Assembly: GCA_934122395.1 (NCBI GenBank)
Contig: CAKOWQ010000003.1
Span: 37,141 to 101,140, forward strand
Length of the DNA: 64,000 nt
From: an uncultured Bacilli bacterium
Lineage (GTDB): Bacteria; Bacillota_I; Bacilli_A; RF39; UBA660
Reading direction: 5' to 3'
How positions within the stretch are numbered: the stretch's first letter is position 1; each line of letters begins with the position of its first letter. Under the pieces are notes generated by a model, which was not told the DNA's origin, did no database searches, and saw only the letters and a program-made list of their open reading frames with translations. The translations under genes and the position numbers were made by a program. This document shows, piece by piece, positions 27,723-36,565 of the stretch.

Positions 27723-27826
27723 GATATTCACCATTATTAATATGTAAAGTAATAAAATAATTATGCAAATTTATTGAATGTTTAAAAAATACTAGATATA
27801 ATTCTAATAGTATAGGAAGGTGTCTT

Positions 27827-28441
27827 ATGACTAATTTAGAAATAATGGAGAAAGCTGCATCTTTTACAACAGGTGCTTATATGAATGCATATTATAAAGA
27901 GGTTAGTTCTGGTAACATAACATATGGTGATTTAGAAAGCCTAGCTACTAAGTATTCTGGTAATGCAATAATAAAAACTCTTTATTCTCCTAGTGGAATG
28001 TGTAGTGATTATACCAGACAAGATAATTTAAGATTTGATATGGCAGGTATTGGTGCTGATGGAATAAAGAATGAATTACTTAAAAATGTGGTTAATGTTG
28101 CTGTTTATCATAAAATGAATGATGATAGAGCATCTAATGTTTTGGGTGATGTTTATTCCTCTACCTTTACTGATGATCAAACAGCAGTAATGGTTTTTAA
28201 TAGTATGGTAAATAATGGTGTAGAAAGTGGATATAAACAATTAGAAAATCCTGAAGTTTTAGGAAGTGTAGCTAGAGTTTTTGCTCATTATCGTAGAGAG
28301 GGTAAAAAAGAGACACTAGATAATATAGCAACTACTAACAATGCTGCAGTATATTTAAATAATGAATTAGATACATATTATGCTAAATATGGAAGAAATA
28401 ATGGAACGTATGAAGATCATGGTTCTTATGGTGGAAAATAG
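27827..28441 (+). CDS. Hypothetical soluble protein (204 aa)
   Basis: Clean ORF with SD aggaagg 6 nt upstream. No motif recognised. Confidence 0.5.
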   Translation: MTNLEIMEKAASFTTGAYMNAYYKEVSSGNITYGDLESLATKYSGNAIIKTLYSPSGMCSDYTRQDNLRFDMAGIGADGIKNELLKNVVNVAVYHKMNDDRASNVLGDVYSSTFTDDQTAVMVFNSMVNNGVESGYKQLENPEVLGSVARVFAHYRREGKKETLDNIATTNNAAVYLNNELDTYYAKYGRNNGTYEDHGSYGGK

Positions 28442-28469
28442 TTGAATTTGAAAAAAAAGTGTGTTATAT

Positions 28470-28700
28470 TAGATTTCGTTAAAGCAAGTGCGAAAGACGT
28501 AATTAATAAACTACTTTATAGAGAGCTTTGTAAGGTGAAAGAAAGCAAGTAAGAATTAATTAAGATCACTTTCAAGTTGTGATTTATGGATAAGATAAAT
28601 ACGGTTACGCGTTATAGTAAAGAGATAGAATAATATTCTATGAATTAAGGTGGTAACACGGTAATTTCGTCCTTTGGGTGAAGTTATCGTGTTTTTTATT
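28470..28700 (+). promoter_or_regulatory. T-box leader (candidate Ile specifier) controlling ileS
   Basis: AGAGA box (tatagagagc), distal-loop GGTGAAAG and an F-box-like gcgtta. The T-box sequence is aattaaggtggtaacacgg. The terminator acacggtaa...ttatcgtgt plus T-run lies at about 28664-28700. The candidate specifier ATC(A) is at 28565-28567. Confidence 0.8.
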
Positions 28701-28716
28701 TATAAGGAGGGATAAT

Positions 28717-31700
28717 ATGAAATTTAAGGAATTATCAAAAGAAGATGTTCATACTTTTGAAAGCAATATTAGTAAATCTTGGAAAGAAGAAAACGTTTTA
28801 GAAAAAAGTATTGAAAAAGGAAAAGATTATTTTGTATTTTATGATGGACCTGCTACTGCAAATGGTATGCCTGGAGTACATCATATTTTAGCAAAATTAT
28901 TAAAAGATACTTTCTGTAAATATAAAACTATGCAAGGATATAAGGTTTTACGTAAAGTGGGTTGGGATACTCATGGATTACCTGTAGAAGTTCAAGTAGA
29001 AAAAGAACTAGGTTTTTCTGGTAAATTAGATATTGAAAAATATGGAATCAAAGAGTTCAATGAAAAATGTCGTGAATCTGTATGGAAAAACGAAGAAGCA
29101 TTTAGAAGATTTACAGAAGAAATTGGTCAATTTATAGACTTAGAACATCCTTATGTTACATATGATAATAATTATATTGAAACAGAGTGGTGGATATTAA
29201 AAAAATTCTTTGATGAAGGATTAATTTATGATGGACTAAAAATATTACCTTATTGTCCTAGATGTGGTACTGGTCTTGCTAGTCATGAAGTAGCACAAGG
29301 ATATAAAGAAATAAGTGTTAATACTGTTACTGTTCCATTTAAATTAAAGGATGAAGATAATACTTATTTACTTGTATGGACTACTACTCCTTGGACTTTA
29401 ATGGCAAATGTAGCAGCATGTGTTAATCCAAATGAGAAATATGTTAAATGTTTATCAAAAGGATATAATTTCATTGTTGCTGAAAAACTTGCTCATAAAG
29501 TTTTAGGGGATGATTTTGAAGTAGTAGAAGAATACATTGGTAAAGATTTAGAATATAGAGAATATGAACAATTCTTACCTATACTTAAAGTAAATAAAAA
29601 AGGATTCTATATTACATGTGCTGATTACGTAACTATGGAAGATGGTACAGGTATAGTCCATATAGCACCAGCTTTCGGACAAGATGACTATGAAGTAGGA
29701 TTGAAATACGACTTACCTATGTTAAATCCAGTAGATGAACAAGGATGTTATACTGAAGGACCTTGGAAGGGTAGATTAGTAGTAGATCCTGAACTTGAAA
29801 TAGAAATAATTAAGTATTTAGCTAAAGAAGATAAACTATTCAAGAAACAAAAGATGGAACATAATTATCCACATTGTTGGAGATGTAAAACTCCTCTTGT
29901 ATATTACTCTAAACCAAGTTTGTATATTAAAACAACAGCATTCAAAGATAAAATTATTGAAGAAAATAATAAGGTTAATTGGTATCCTGAATATGTTGGG
30001 GAAAAAAGATTCGGTAACTGGTTAGAAAATATGAACGATTGGGCAATATCAAGAAACAGATATTGGGGTACACCAATCCCATTATGGAGATGTTCATGTG
30101 GACATGATGAAATGATTGGTTCTAGAAAAGAATTAGTAGAAAAAGCGGTAGAAAAAATTGATGAATCAATTGAACTTCATAGACCATATGTAGATGATAT
30201 TCATATTAAATGTCCAGAATGTGGTAAGGAAATGACTAGGGTAAAAGATGTAATTGACTGTTGGTTTGATTCAGGGTCTATGCCTTTTGCTCAATATCAT
30301 TATCCATTTGAAAATAAAGAATTGTTTGAGCATCAATTCCCAGCTGATTTCATTTCAGAAGGAATAGATCAAACAAGAGGTTGGTTCTATTCACTATTAG
30401 TTATTTCAACATTTGTTAAAGGTTGCTCACCATATAAAAATGTTTTAGTAAATGATTTAATTCTAGATAAATATGGTCAAAAAATGCATAAGAGTAAAGG
30501 TAATGCTGTTGAACCATTTGGTATTATTGAAAAGTATGGAGCTGATGCTACAAGATTTTATATGTTAAATGCATCACCTGTATGGACACCATTAAAATTC
30601 GATGAAGATGGTATAAAAGAAATTCAATCAAAATTCTTTAGTACTTTAAAAAATACTTATACTTTCTTCCAATTATATGCTAATACAGATAATCTAGATC
30701 CTAGAGAGTTCCATATTGAGTATAATGATTTAGAAGAGATAGATAAATGGCTATTATCTAAATACAATAGATTAGTAAAATATGTAACTAGTGCTATGGA
30801 TGAGTATGATTTAAATAAAGCTTGTAAAGCAATAAACTTATTCTTAAATGAAGATTTATCTAACTGGTATATAAGACGTAACAGAAGAAGATTCTGGGCT
30901 AGTGAGTTAGATAATAGTAAGAAAGCAGTATACCAAACTACTTATGAAGTATTGATTGGACTATGTAAATTAATCGCTCCAATCGCTCCATTTGTTGTTG
31001 AAGAAATATATCGTGATTTAACTGGATGTGAAAGTGTTCACCTAGCAAGTTATCCAGTATGTGATGAAGAGAAGTTTAACTCTTTAGTAGAAGAGAGAAT
31101 GGATAAGGTACGTGATTTAATATCACTTGGTCGTAATGCTAGAGAAGAAGTTAAAATAAAGGTTCGTCAACCTATAAGTGAAGTAATATTAGATGGTAAA
31201 AATGAACAAATCATTAGTGATTTAGTTGATTTAATTAAGGAAGAGTTAAATGTTAAAGAGGTAATATTTGAACAAGACTTAAGTAAATATATGAACTTTA
31301 ATGTTAAGCCTAATTTTAAAGAAGTAGGTAAGATTCTAGGACCTAAGATTAAAGTATTCCAAGAAGCATTAACTAAGTTAAGTAGTGATGAAGTAAATGA
31401 ATTAAAAAATGGTAACAGTATTAATATCAATCTTGATGGAGATAACTTTACAGTAGAAGCTAGTATGGTAGATATAAGAGTTGAATCTAAAGAAGGATTT
31501 ACCGCATCTTACGAAGGAGATAACTTTATCGTATTAGATACTACTTTAACACAAGATTTAATTAATGAAGGTGTTGCAAGAGAATTAATTAGTAAAGTTC
31601 AACAATTAAGAAAGAGTAAAGATTTTGATATTTTAGATAGAATTGATATAAGATATGTAGAAAATAGTGAATTTGAAAATGCTATTAAAGATTATATTGA

Positions 31701-31809
31701 TTTTATAAAGAAGGAAACTTTATGTGATGATTTAGTTAAAACAAGTGATATTACTGAAGTAACTAATCTAAATGGATTAGAAGTAAAATTTGATGTTATA
31801 AAAAAATAA
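28717..31809 (+). CDS. ileS: Isoleucine--tRNA ligase, type 2 (long, eukaryote-like form)
   Basis: YDGPATANGMPGVHHILAK (HIGH region) and KMHKSKGN (KMSKS region). About 1030 aa without the C-terminal Zn-finger region of type 1. The ATG at 28717 follows AGGAGGG. The 28678 start in the ORF track runs through the T-box terminator. Confidence 0.92.
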   Translation: MKFKELSKEDVHTFESNISKSWKEENVLEKSIEKGKDYFVFYDGPATANGMPGVHHILAKLLKDTFCKYKTMQGYKVLRKVGWDTHGLPVEVQVEKELGFSGKLDIEKYGIKEFNEKCRESVWKNEEAFRRFTEEIGQFIDLEHPYVTYDNNYIETEWWILKKFFDEGLIYDGLKILPYCPRCGTGLASHEVAQGYKEISVNTVTVPFKLKDEDNTYLLVWTTTPWTLMANVAACVNPNEKYVKCLSKGYNFIVAEKLAHKVLGDDFEVVEEYIGKDLEYREYEQFLPILKVNKKGFYITCADYVTMEDGTGIVHIAPAFGQDDYEVGLKYDLPMLNPVDEQGCYTEGPWKGRLVVDPELEIEIIKYLAKEDKLFKKQKMEHNYPHCWRCKTPLVYYSKPSLYIKTTAFKDKIIEENNKVNWYPEYVGEKRFGNWLENMNDWAISRNRYWGTPIPLWRCSCGHDEMIGSRKELVEKAVEKIDESIELHRPYVDDIHIKCPECGKEMTRVKDVIDCWFDSGSMPFAQYHYPFENKELFEHQFPADFISEGIDQTRGWFYSLLVISTFVKGCSPYKNVLVNDLILDKYGQKMHKSKGNAVEPFGIIEKYGADATRFYMLNASPVWTPLKFDEDGIKEIQSKFFSTLKNTYTFFQLYANTDNLDPREFHIEYNDLEEIDKWLLSKYNRLVKYVTSAMDEYDLNKACKAINLFLNEDLSNWYIRRNRRRFWASELDNSKKAVYQTTYEVLIGLCKLIAPIAPFVVEEIYRDLTGCESVHLASYPVCDEEKFNSLVEERMDKVRDLISLGRNAREEVKIKVRQPISEVILDGKNEQIISDLVDLIKEELNVKEVIFEQDLSKYMNFNVKPNFKEVGKILGPKIKVFQEALTKLSSDEVNELKNGNSININLDGDNFTVEASMVDIRVESKEGFTASYEGDNFIVLDTTLTQDLINEGVARELISKVQQLRKSKDFDILDRIDIRYVENSEFENAIKDYIDFIKKETLCDDLVKTSDITEVTNLNGLEVKFDVIKK

Positions 31810-31816
31810 TTTAAAT

Positions 31817-31846
31817 AACTGATGGAGTAATCTATCAGTTTTTTTA
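31817..31846 (+). terminator. Rho-independent terminator after ileS
   Basis: aactgatgga-gtaa-tctatcagtt (one G-U pair) followed by T7. Confidence 0.8.
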
Positions 31847-31912
31847 TTGAACAAATATGAAAGTAGTGGTATTATAAAAAGCACTTTTAACTTTAATGGG
31901 GAAGTGATTATT

Positions 31913-32605
31913 TTGGAATATGTCTCAGTATATGAAGGAATAAAACTACCTGATCCATTGGATCAAGAAACTTTATGTAAGTACTTTTTAAAAATGCGTA
32001 ATGGTGATGAAACTGCCAAAGATATAATAGCGAAACATAATATTAAACTTGTTATAGGAATGGTATCTTATTATTTTAAGTCTAATAATTGGGATATGGA
32101 TGAATTAGTATCAACAGGTACAATAGGATTAATGAAAAGTATTGATGCATTTGATCCTAATAAGGGGAATAAATTTAGTACATATGCTTCTGAATGTATA
32201 AGGAATGAAATACTAATGTCTTTGAAAAAACAAGTAAAGCGTAGTGAAGATATAAGCTTAGAGGAATCAATTGTTGATGGTGATCATTCATCAGTTAAAT
32301 TGGGTGATTTATTAATTGCTACTGATGATGATCCAGTTGAAAATTACGAAGAAAAAGAATTATATATGAATGTTAGAAAATATGTAGAAAATCTACCAGA
32401 TAGAGAACGCCAAATAGTAACAATGATATTTGGGTTTAATAGTGATGAACCAGTAACTCAAAAAGAGATTGCATTATCATTAGGCATGTCTCAATCACAA
32501 GTTTCTAGAGTTTTAAAAGCAACTTTAGAACAAGCTAAAAATGATTTTAGTAAAGAATATGGTGGTAGTAATAATGCTAGAAGTCTTGTCAAAAACTCAA
32601 AATAG
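31913..32605 (+). CDS. Sporulation-type sigma-70 family factor (SigE/SigK-like); start uncertain
   Basis: TGTIGLMKSIDAFDPNKGNKFSTYASECIRNEILMSLKK parallels SIGTIGLIK...KLATYA.RCIENEILM.LR of SigE/SigK. The region 4 HTH is TQKEIALSLGMSQSQVSRV. The 31847 TTG in the track lies in the ileS terminator tail with no SD. The TTG at 31913 is 11 nt after GGGGAA, and the GTG at 31904 is also possible. Confidence 0.65.
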   Translation: MEYVSVYEGIKLPDPLDQETLCKYFLKMRNGDETAKDIIAKHNIKLVIGMVSYYFKSNNWDMDELVSTGTIGLMKSIDAFDPNKGNKFSTYASECIRNEILMSLKKQVKRSEDISLEESIVDGDHSSVKLGDLLIATDDDPVENYEEKELYMNVRKYVENLPDRERQIVTMIFGFNSDEPVTQKEIALSLGMSQSQVSRVLKATLEQAKNDFSKEYGGSNNARSLVKNSK

Positions 32606-32664
32606 CATTAAGCGTATTGCTAAATATTTATGATTAAAGTATACTAAATTTAGGTGGTGATATA

Positions 32665-33969
32665 GTGAATACAATTTTACCTGCTGATACATATATCGTT
32701 GTTAATAAAACGATTATAGATGATGTTGATAGAAAGTTAGTTACAATGCTATATCAACCAATAATAGGGCATACTGCTACTACATTGTATTTTACATTAT
32801 TTGATGATCTGTTACGTCATGAAGTTATGAGTGAAGAATTAACTCATCATCATTTGATGGCTACTATGCAGTTAAAATTAGAAGATATTTTAATTGCAAG
32901 AGAAAAACTAGAGGCAGTAGGTCTTTTAAAAACGTACTTAAAAAAAGATCATGTTAATAATTTTGTTTATTTATTATATGCACCATTATCAGTTAATGAA
33001 TTTTTAAATCATCCTATTTTGAATGTTGTTTTATATAATAATTTGGGGAAAAAAGAATATGAAAAGATTGTAAATGTTTTTAAAGTTCCTAAAGTAAATC
33101 TTAGGGATTATGAAGATATTACTCAGTCATTTAATAAAGTATTTTCAAGCGTTAGCAGTAATACCTTTATAGGTAATGATAATATAGTAAGTAAGAACAA
33201 AGGTAATATTGAAATAACTTCAGGGGTAGATTTTAATTTGTTAATTTCTTCTATTCCTAAAAGTATGGTAAGTGAGAAGTGCTTTAGCGATGAAGTAAAA
33301 GATTTAATTAATTCGCTAGCATTTGTTTACAATATAGACGATCTTAATATGCAAGGATTAGTTCGTAATAGTATTAATGAAAAAGGACTTATCGATAAAA
33401 CTGAACTTAGAAAAAGTGCTAGAAACTTTTATCAATTTGAGCAGGGAGGAAAACTACCAACACTTATTTATAGTAAACAACCAGATTATTTGAAAACTCC
33501 TAGTGGTGATACTTCTAATTGGGCTAAACAAGTATATACTTTTGAAAACATAACACCGTATGATTATATAAGAAGTAAATATAAAAATGGTGAACCAACT
33601 TTAAGAGAATTGCAAATTATTGAAGATTTGATGGTTAAACAAAAAATGAAACCTGGAGTTGTTAATGTTTTAATTGATTATGTTTTAAAAGTTAATAATC
33701 AAAAATTTACTAGAAGTTATGTTGAAACAGTAGCAGCTCAATGGAGTAGGTTGAATATTGAAACTGTCGAAGCAGCTATGCGTACGGCTGAGAAAGAACA
33801 TAAAAAATTAAAAAAGAAACTAAATAAAGATAAAGAAGATTCACAAAATAAGCATTATAAACCTAAAGAAGAATCGTTACCATCCTGGTTTGATAAGAAA
33901 ATTGAGAATAAGGAAATGTCTAAAGAAGAAGAAGCTGAATTAGATAATCTATTAAAAGAATTTAGTTAA
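32665..33969 (+). CDS. dnaB: Replication initiation and membrane attachment protein (Bacillus DnaB / DnaD-domain helicase-loading factor)
   Basis: The N-terminus ...LVTMLYQPIIGHTATTLYFTLFDD... matches the conserved start of the family. The DnaD-like C-domain is YVETVAAQWSRLNIETVEAAM, followed by a charged tail. GTG start with SD aggtggtg. Confidence 0.7.
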   Translation: MNTILPADTYIVVNKTIIDDVDRKLVTMLYQPIIGHTATTLYFTLFDDLLRHEVMSEELTHHHLMATMQLKLEDILIAREKLEAVGLLKTYLKKDHVNNFVYLLYAPLSVNEFLNHPILNVVLYNNLGKKEYEKIVNVFKVPKVNLRDYEDITQSFNKVFSSVSSNTFIGNDNIVSKNKGNIEITSGVDFNLLISSIPKSMVSEKCFSDEVKDLINSLAFVYNIDDLNMQGLVRNSINEKGLIDKTELRKSARNFYQFEQGGKLPTLIYSKQPDYLKTPSGDTSNWAKQVYTFENITPYDYIRSKYKNGEPTLRELQIIEDLMVKQKMKPGVVNVLIDYVLKVNNQKFTRSYVETVAAQWSRLNIETVEAAMRTAEKEHKKLKKKLNKDKEDSQNKHYKPKEESLPSWFDKKIENKEMSKEEEAELDNLLKEFS

Positions 33970-34029
33970 TAATTAAAACTTGACATACCTATTTAGTTCT
34001 ATTATATATATAGTAGAAGGAGGAAAAAA

Positions 34030-34851
34030 ATGGATAGTGGTAAAAGAAAGTCTTCAGCAGGAATTATAGCAGTTTTAGTAATTATCGTATTAGCTTTAGG
34101 AGGTTATATTATCTATGATAAAGTTTTATCTTCACCAAAAGATAATGTAGTTGATAATAATAAAGATAATAAAGATAATAAAGATAACAACGTAGTAGAA
34201 GATAAAGAATTAGCTTTAAATGATTATACTGTTGTAAAATTATACAAATATATAAATGGTTATGACCGTTATATAGAAGAATATTTTCACTCTAATGCAG
34301 AACTTACTAATAAAACAGTAAGTAACGAGATGAAATTACGTACAGCTTATTTTGCAAATGGTTTTAATAACTATAATTTTTCAACTATAAAAGAACCTAC
34401 TTCAACATCTCCTAAGACTACAATATTTACAATAAGTGCTGATACTGTATTAGGACAAATAAATGAAATATTTGGTAGTGATAATGGATATTCTCATAAT
34501 AATGAAGGTATTGGTGGAAGCCTTGGATTAGAATGTGCTACATTAAAGTATAATCAAAGTAACTATGAGTTAAGCGTAGCACCAGGTTGTGGTGATATAA
34601 CTACTTATGCTTTATACACTAAACTAGTTAAAGCAGTCAAAACAAAAGATTCGATTGTCCTAACTGAAAAGTCATATGTGCTATACAGTGATAGAGTTAC
34701 TAAAGACCTTACTCAAAATAGTCCAGTAATTGCATCTAATGTTTCTAATCCTAGTGATGAATACTTTGATAAAGGTTCAACTGTAACTTATACGTTTAAG
34801 TTAAGCCACAATGGAACTTACTATTTTGATAATAGTAAAATAACTTATTAA
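34030..34851 (+). CDS. Membrane-anchored hypothetical protein with a (DNK)n linker
   Basis: N-terminal TM helix (AGIIAVLVIIVLALGGYIIY), a DNNKDNKDNKDNN linker encoded by a 9-bp repeat, then a globular domain. SD aggagg upstream. Confidence 0.55.
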   Translation: MDSGKRKSSAGIIAVLVIIVLALGGYIIYDKVLSSPKDNVVDNNKDNKDNKDNNVVEDKELALNDYTVVKLYKYINGYDRYIEEYFHSNAELTNKTVSNEMKLRTAYFANGFNNYNFSTIKEPTSTSPKTTIFTISADTVLGQINEIFGSDNGYSHNNEGIGGSLGLECATLKYNQSNYELSVAPGCGDITTYALYTKLVKAVKTKDSIVLTEKSYVLYSDRVTKDLTQNSPVIASNVSNPSDEYFDKGSTVTYTFKLSHNGTYYFDNSKITY

Positions 34852-34911
34852 TATGGAGTTGAAAAACTCCTTTTCTTTTGCTATAATACCTCTTACACAT
34901 GGAGGTAATTT

Positions 34912-35271
34912 ATGAAAACAATTATGTTTGCAACACCAATTTCATTGGAAGAGGCTGAAAGGTTAAGTTGTTTTGATTATTCTATTGCTTATTTTGATCC
35001 GAATAAAAAAAGAAGAAAAAAATTAAAAATTGCCAGTGCTGATTATGATGGTACATTTATGGATTGCGATGCAGTACTAGAAGCTAGCAAATCTGATGCT
35101 GTTATGTTTTTGAGACATGTTCCTAGACAAGACATTAAAAATGTAAGAACATCTTTATTAACATTAATAATAAATGATGATAGAGAGATAGAACGTGTTA
35201 TATCAAATTCAAAATACTACAGTAATGTTCAAACATTCAGCGGTAATGTTTTGGAAAAAAGATTGAAATAA
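34912..35271 (+). CDS. Hypothetical protein (119 aa)
   Basis: ORF with SD ggaggt upstream. No recognisable motif. Confidence 0.45.
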   Translation: MKTIMFATPISLEEAERLSCFDYSIAYFDPNKKRRKKLKIASADYDGTFMDCDAVLEASKSDAVMFLRHVPRQDIKNVRTSLLTLIINDDREIERVISNSKYYSNVQTFSGNVLEKRLK

Positions 35272-35295
35272 AAAAGATTTTATGTTATTATACTT

Positions 35296-35505
35296 TTAGA
35301 AATCGAAGATTGAGATTAGTAAGTTTTTAATTATTTTATAGAGAATTAGTGGTTGGTGGAAACTAATAATAATATTACTGAATCAACTCATGAGTGAAAT
35401 AGGGAAATTTAAGTATCTATTTCCGGGATGACCGTTATTTAAATTAAGTCAATTATAGGATGGCACCGTGATTATTCACTCCTATACTTGGCTTTTTTAT
35501 TTTTT
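35296..35505 (+). promoter_or_regulatory. T-box leader (candidate Ser specifier TCA) controlling the HD-GNAT-serS operon
   Basis: AGAGA box (tatagagaatt), distal loop GGTGGAAAC and GAA-TCA-A in the specifier position (TCA at 35383-35385). F-box ccgtta is at 35432-35437. The T-box sequence aattataggatggcaccgtg is at 35451-35470, followed by a tatagga/tcctata helix and T-runs. Confidence 0.75.
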
Positions 35506-35517
35506 AGGAGGAATATT

Positions 35518-36015
35518 ATGCTTAAGGATTATTTTGATTTAGAAAAATATGAAGAGTTAAAAAACTCGAATGATTTAATTTATAAGGCACTTGAGATTGT
35601 ATCTACTTTATTTGAATATGATACTGATAAAGGTGGCATGCCATATATGCTTCATATTATATATGTGTATAGACATGTTAATACTAAAGAAGAAAAGGTA
35701 ATAGCACTTCTACATGATGTACTAGAAGATAAAAAGGTAACAAAAGAAGATTTATTAGACATTGGATTTCCAAAGAAAATTGTTGCTGATGTTGAAATAT
35801 TAACGAGAGTAAAACCTATAGATTATAATGATTATATTGATAATATCATTAAAAATGGTTCTGTTGAGGCTTTAAACGTAAAACTTGCGGATCTTGAAAA
35901 TAATATGGATTTATCGAGAATAAAAAATCCTACTATTAAAGATTTTGAAAGAATTCAGAAAAGATATATTCCAACTCATGCTAAGATAATGGATAAATTA
36001 AAAAGTAATTCATAA
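35518..36015 (+). CDS. HD-domain protein resembling a RelA/SpoT-family small alarmone hydrolase
   Basis: GGMPYMLHIIYV...VIALLHDVLEDKKVTKEDLLDIGFPKKIVADVEILTR matches the His...HDxxED...T(R/K) pattern of (p)ppGpp hydrolase domains. The ATG at 35518 follows AGGAGG. The 35488 start lies inside the leader terminator. Confidence 0.7.
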   Translation: MLKDYFDLEKYEELKNSNDLIYKALEIVSTLFEYDTDKGGMPYMLHIIYVYRHVNTKEEKVIALLHDVLEDKKVTKEDLLDIGFPKKIVADVEILTRVKPIDYNDYIDNIIKNGSVEALNVKLADLENNMDLSRIKNPTIKDFERIQKRYIPTHAKIMDKLKSNS

Positions 36016-36025
36016 TGAGGTAAAA

Positions 36026-36565
36026 ATGGATAACATATGGTTAAAGATGTTAGAGTTGGATGATGATAGACAGTATTGTGATTTGCTAATAGAACTTGCT
36101 AATTATGAAAATGCTTTTGCTAGACCTGTTCCAAAAGATTTTGGGTATGAGGATTTTGAATTTTTCAAAAAAGCAAGAGTAGCAATGGTTACTGGTGAAG
36201 TTTTTAGTAGGAAAGTTGTTCCTGTTAATACATATTGGGTGATGTCTGATAGTACTCCTATTGGATACGCTACTTTAAAGCATGAAGCAGCTTATGATAA
36301 GCCTGGAGGACATATTGGATGCTGTTTGAAAAAAGAATACCAAAATCAAGGAATAGGAACAATAGTATCTGATATTTTATCTAGTATAGCATACCATGAT
36401 TTAGGAATAACAGAATTGGTTTATTCGTCTAAAAACGAAAATACTCAAAGTCAAAAATCAGTTGATAAAATAGGTGGTACATTAGTTGCTGTTAATAACG
36501 GATATCACTTTTACAAGGTAGATTTAGAAAAGAGATTTAATAATGAAAGAAGGGTAATTAAATGA
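36026..36565 (+). CDS. GNAT family N-acetyltransferase
   Basis: Acetyl-CoA binding motif YQNQGIGT (Q/RxxGxG). About 180 aa. The 3' end overlaps the serS start by 4 nt. Confidence 0.7.
   Translation: MDNIWLKMLELDDDRQYCDLLIELANYENAFARPVPKDFGYEDFEFFKKARVAMVTGEVFSRKVVPVNTYWVMSDSTPIGYATLKHEAAYDKPGGHIGCCLKKEYQNQGIGTIVSDILSSIAYHDLGITELVYSSKNENTQSQKSVDKIGGTLVAVNNGYHFYKVDLEKRFNNERRVIK

Noticed and set aside
28678-28716. Upstream extension of ileS (GTG at 28678), and likewise of the HD gene (35488-35517).
   Set aside because: Both extensions run through the T-box terminator hairpins and T-runs. Strong AGGAGG sites precede the internal ATGs at 28717 and 35518.
34150-34190. A 9-bp tandem repeat (gataataaa x3).
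   Set aside because: It is in frame within CDS 34030-34851 and encodes a DNKDNKDNK linker. It is a low-complexity coding repeat, not a CRISPR, regulatory or mobile repeat. At most it is a minor length-polymorphism site.
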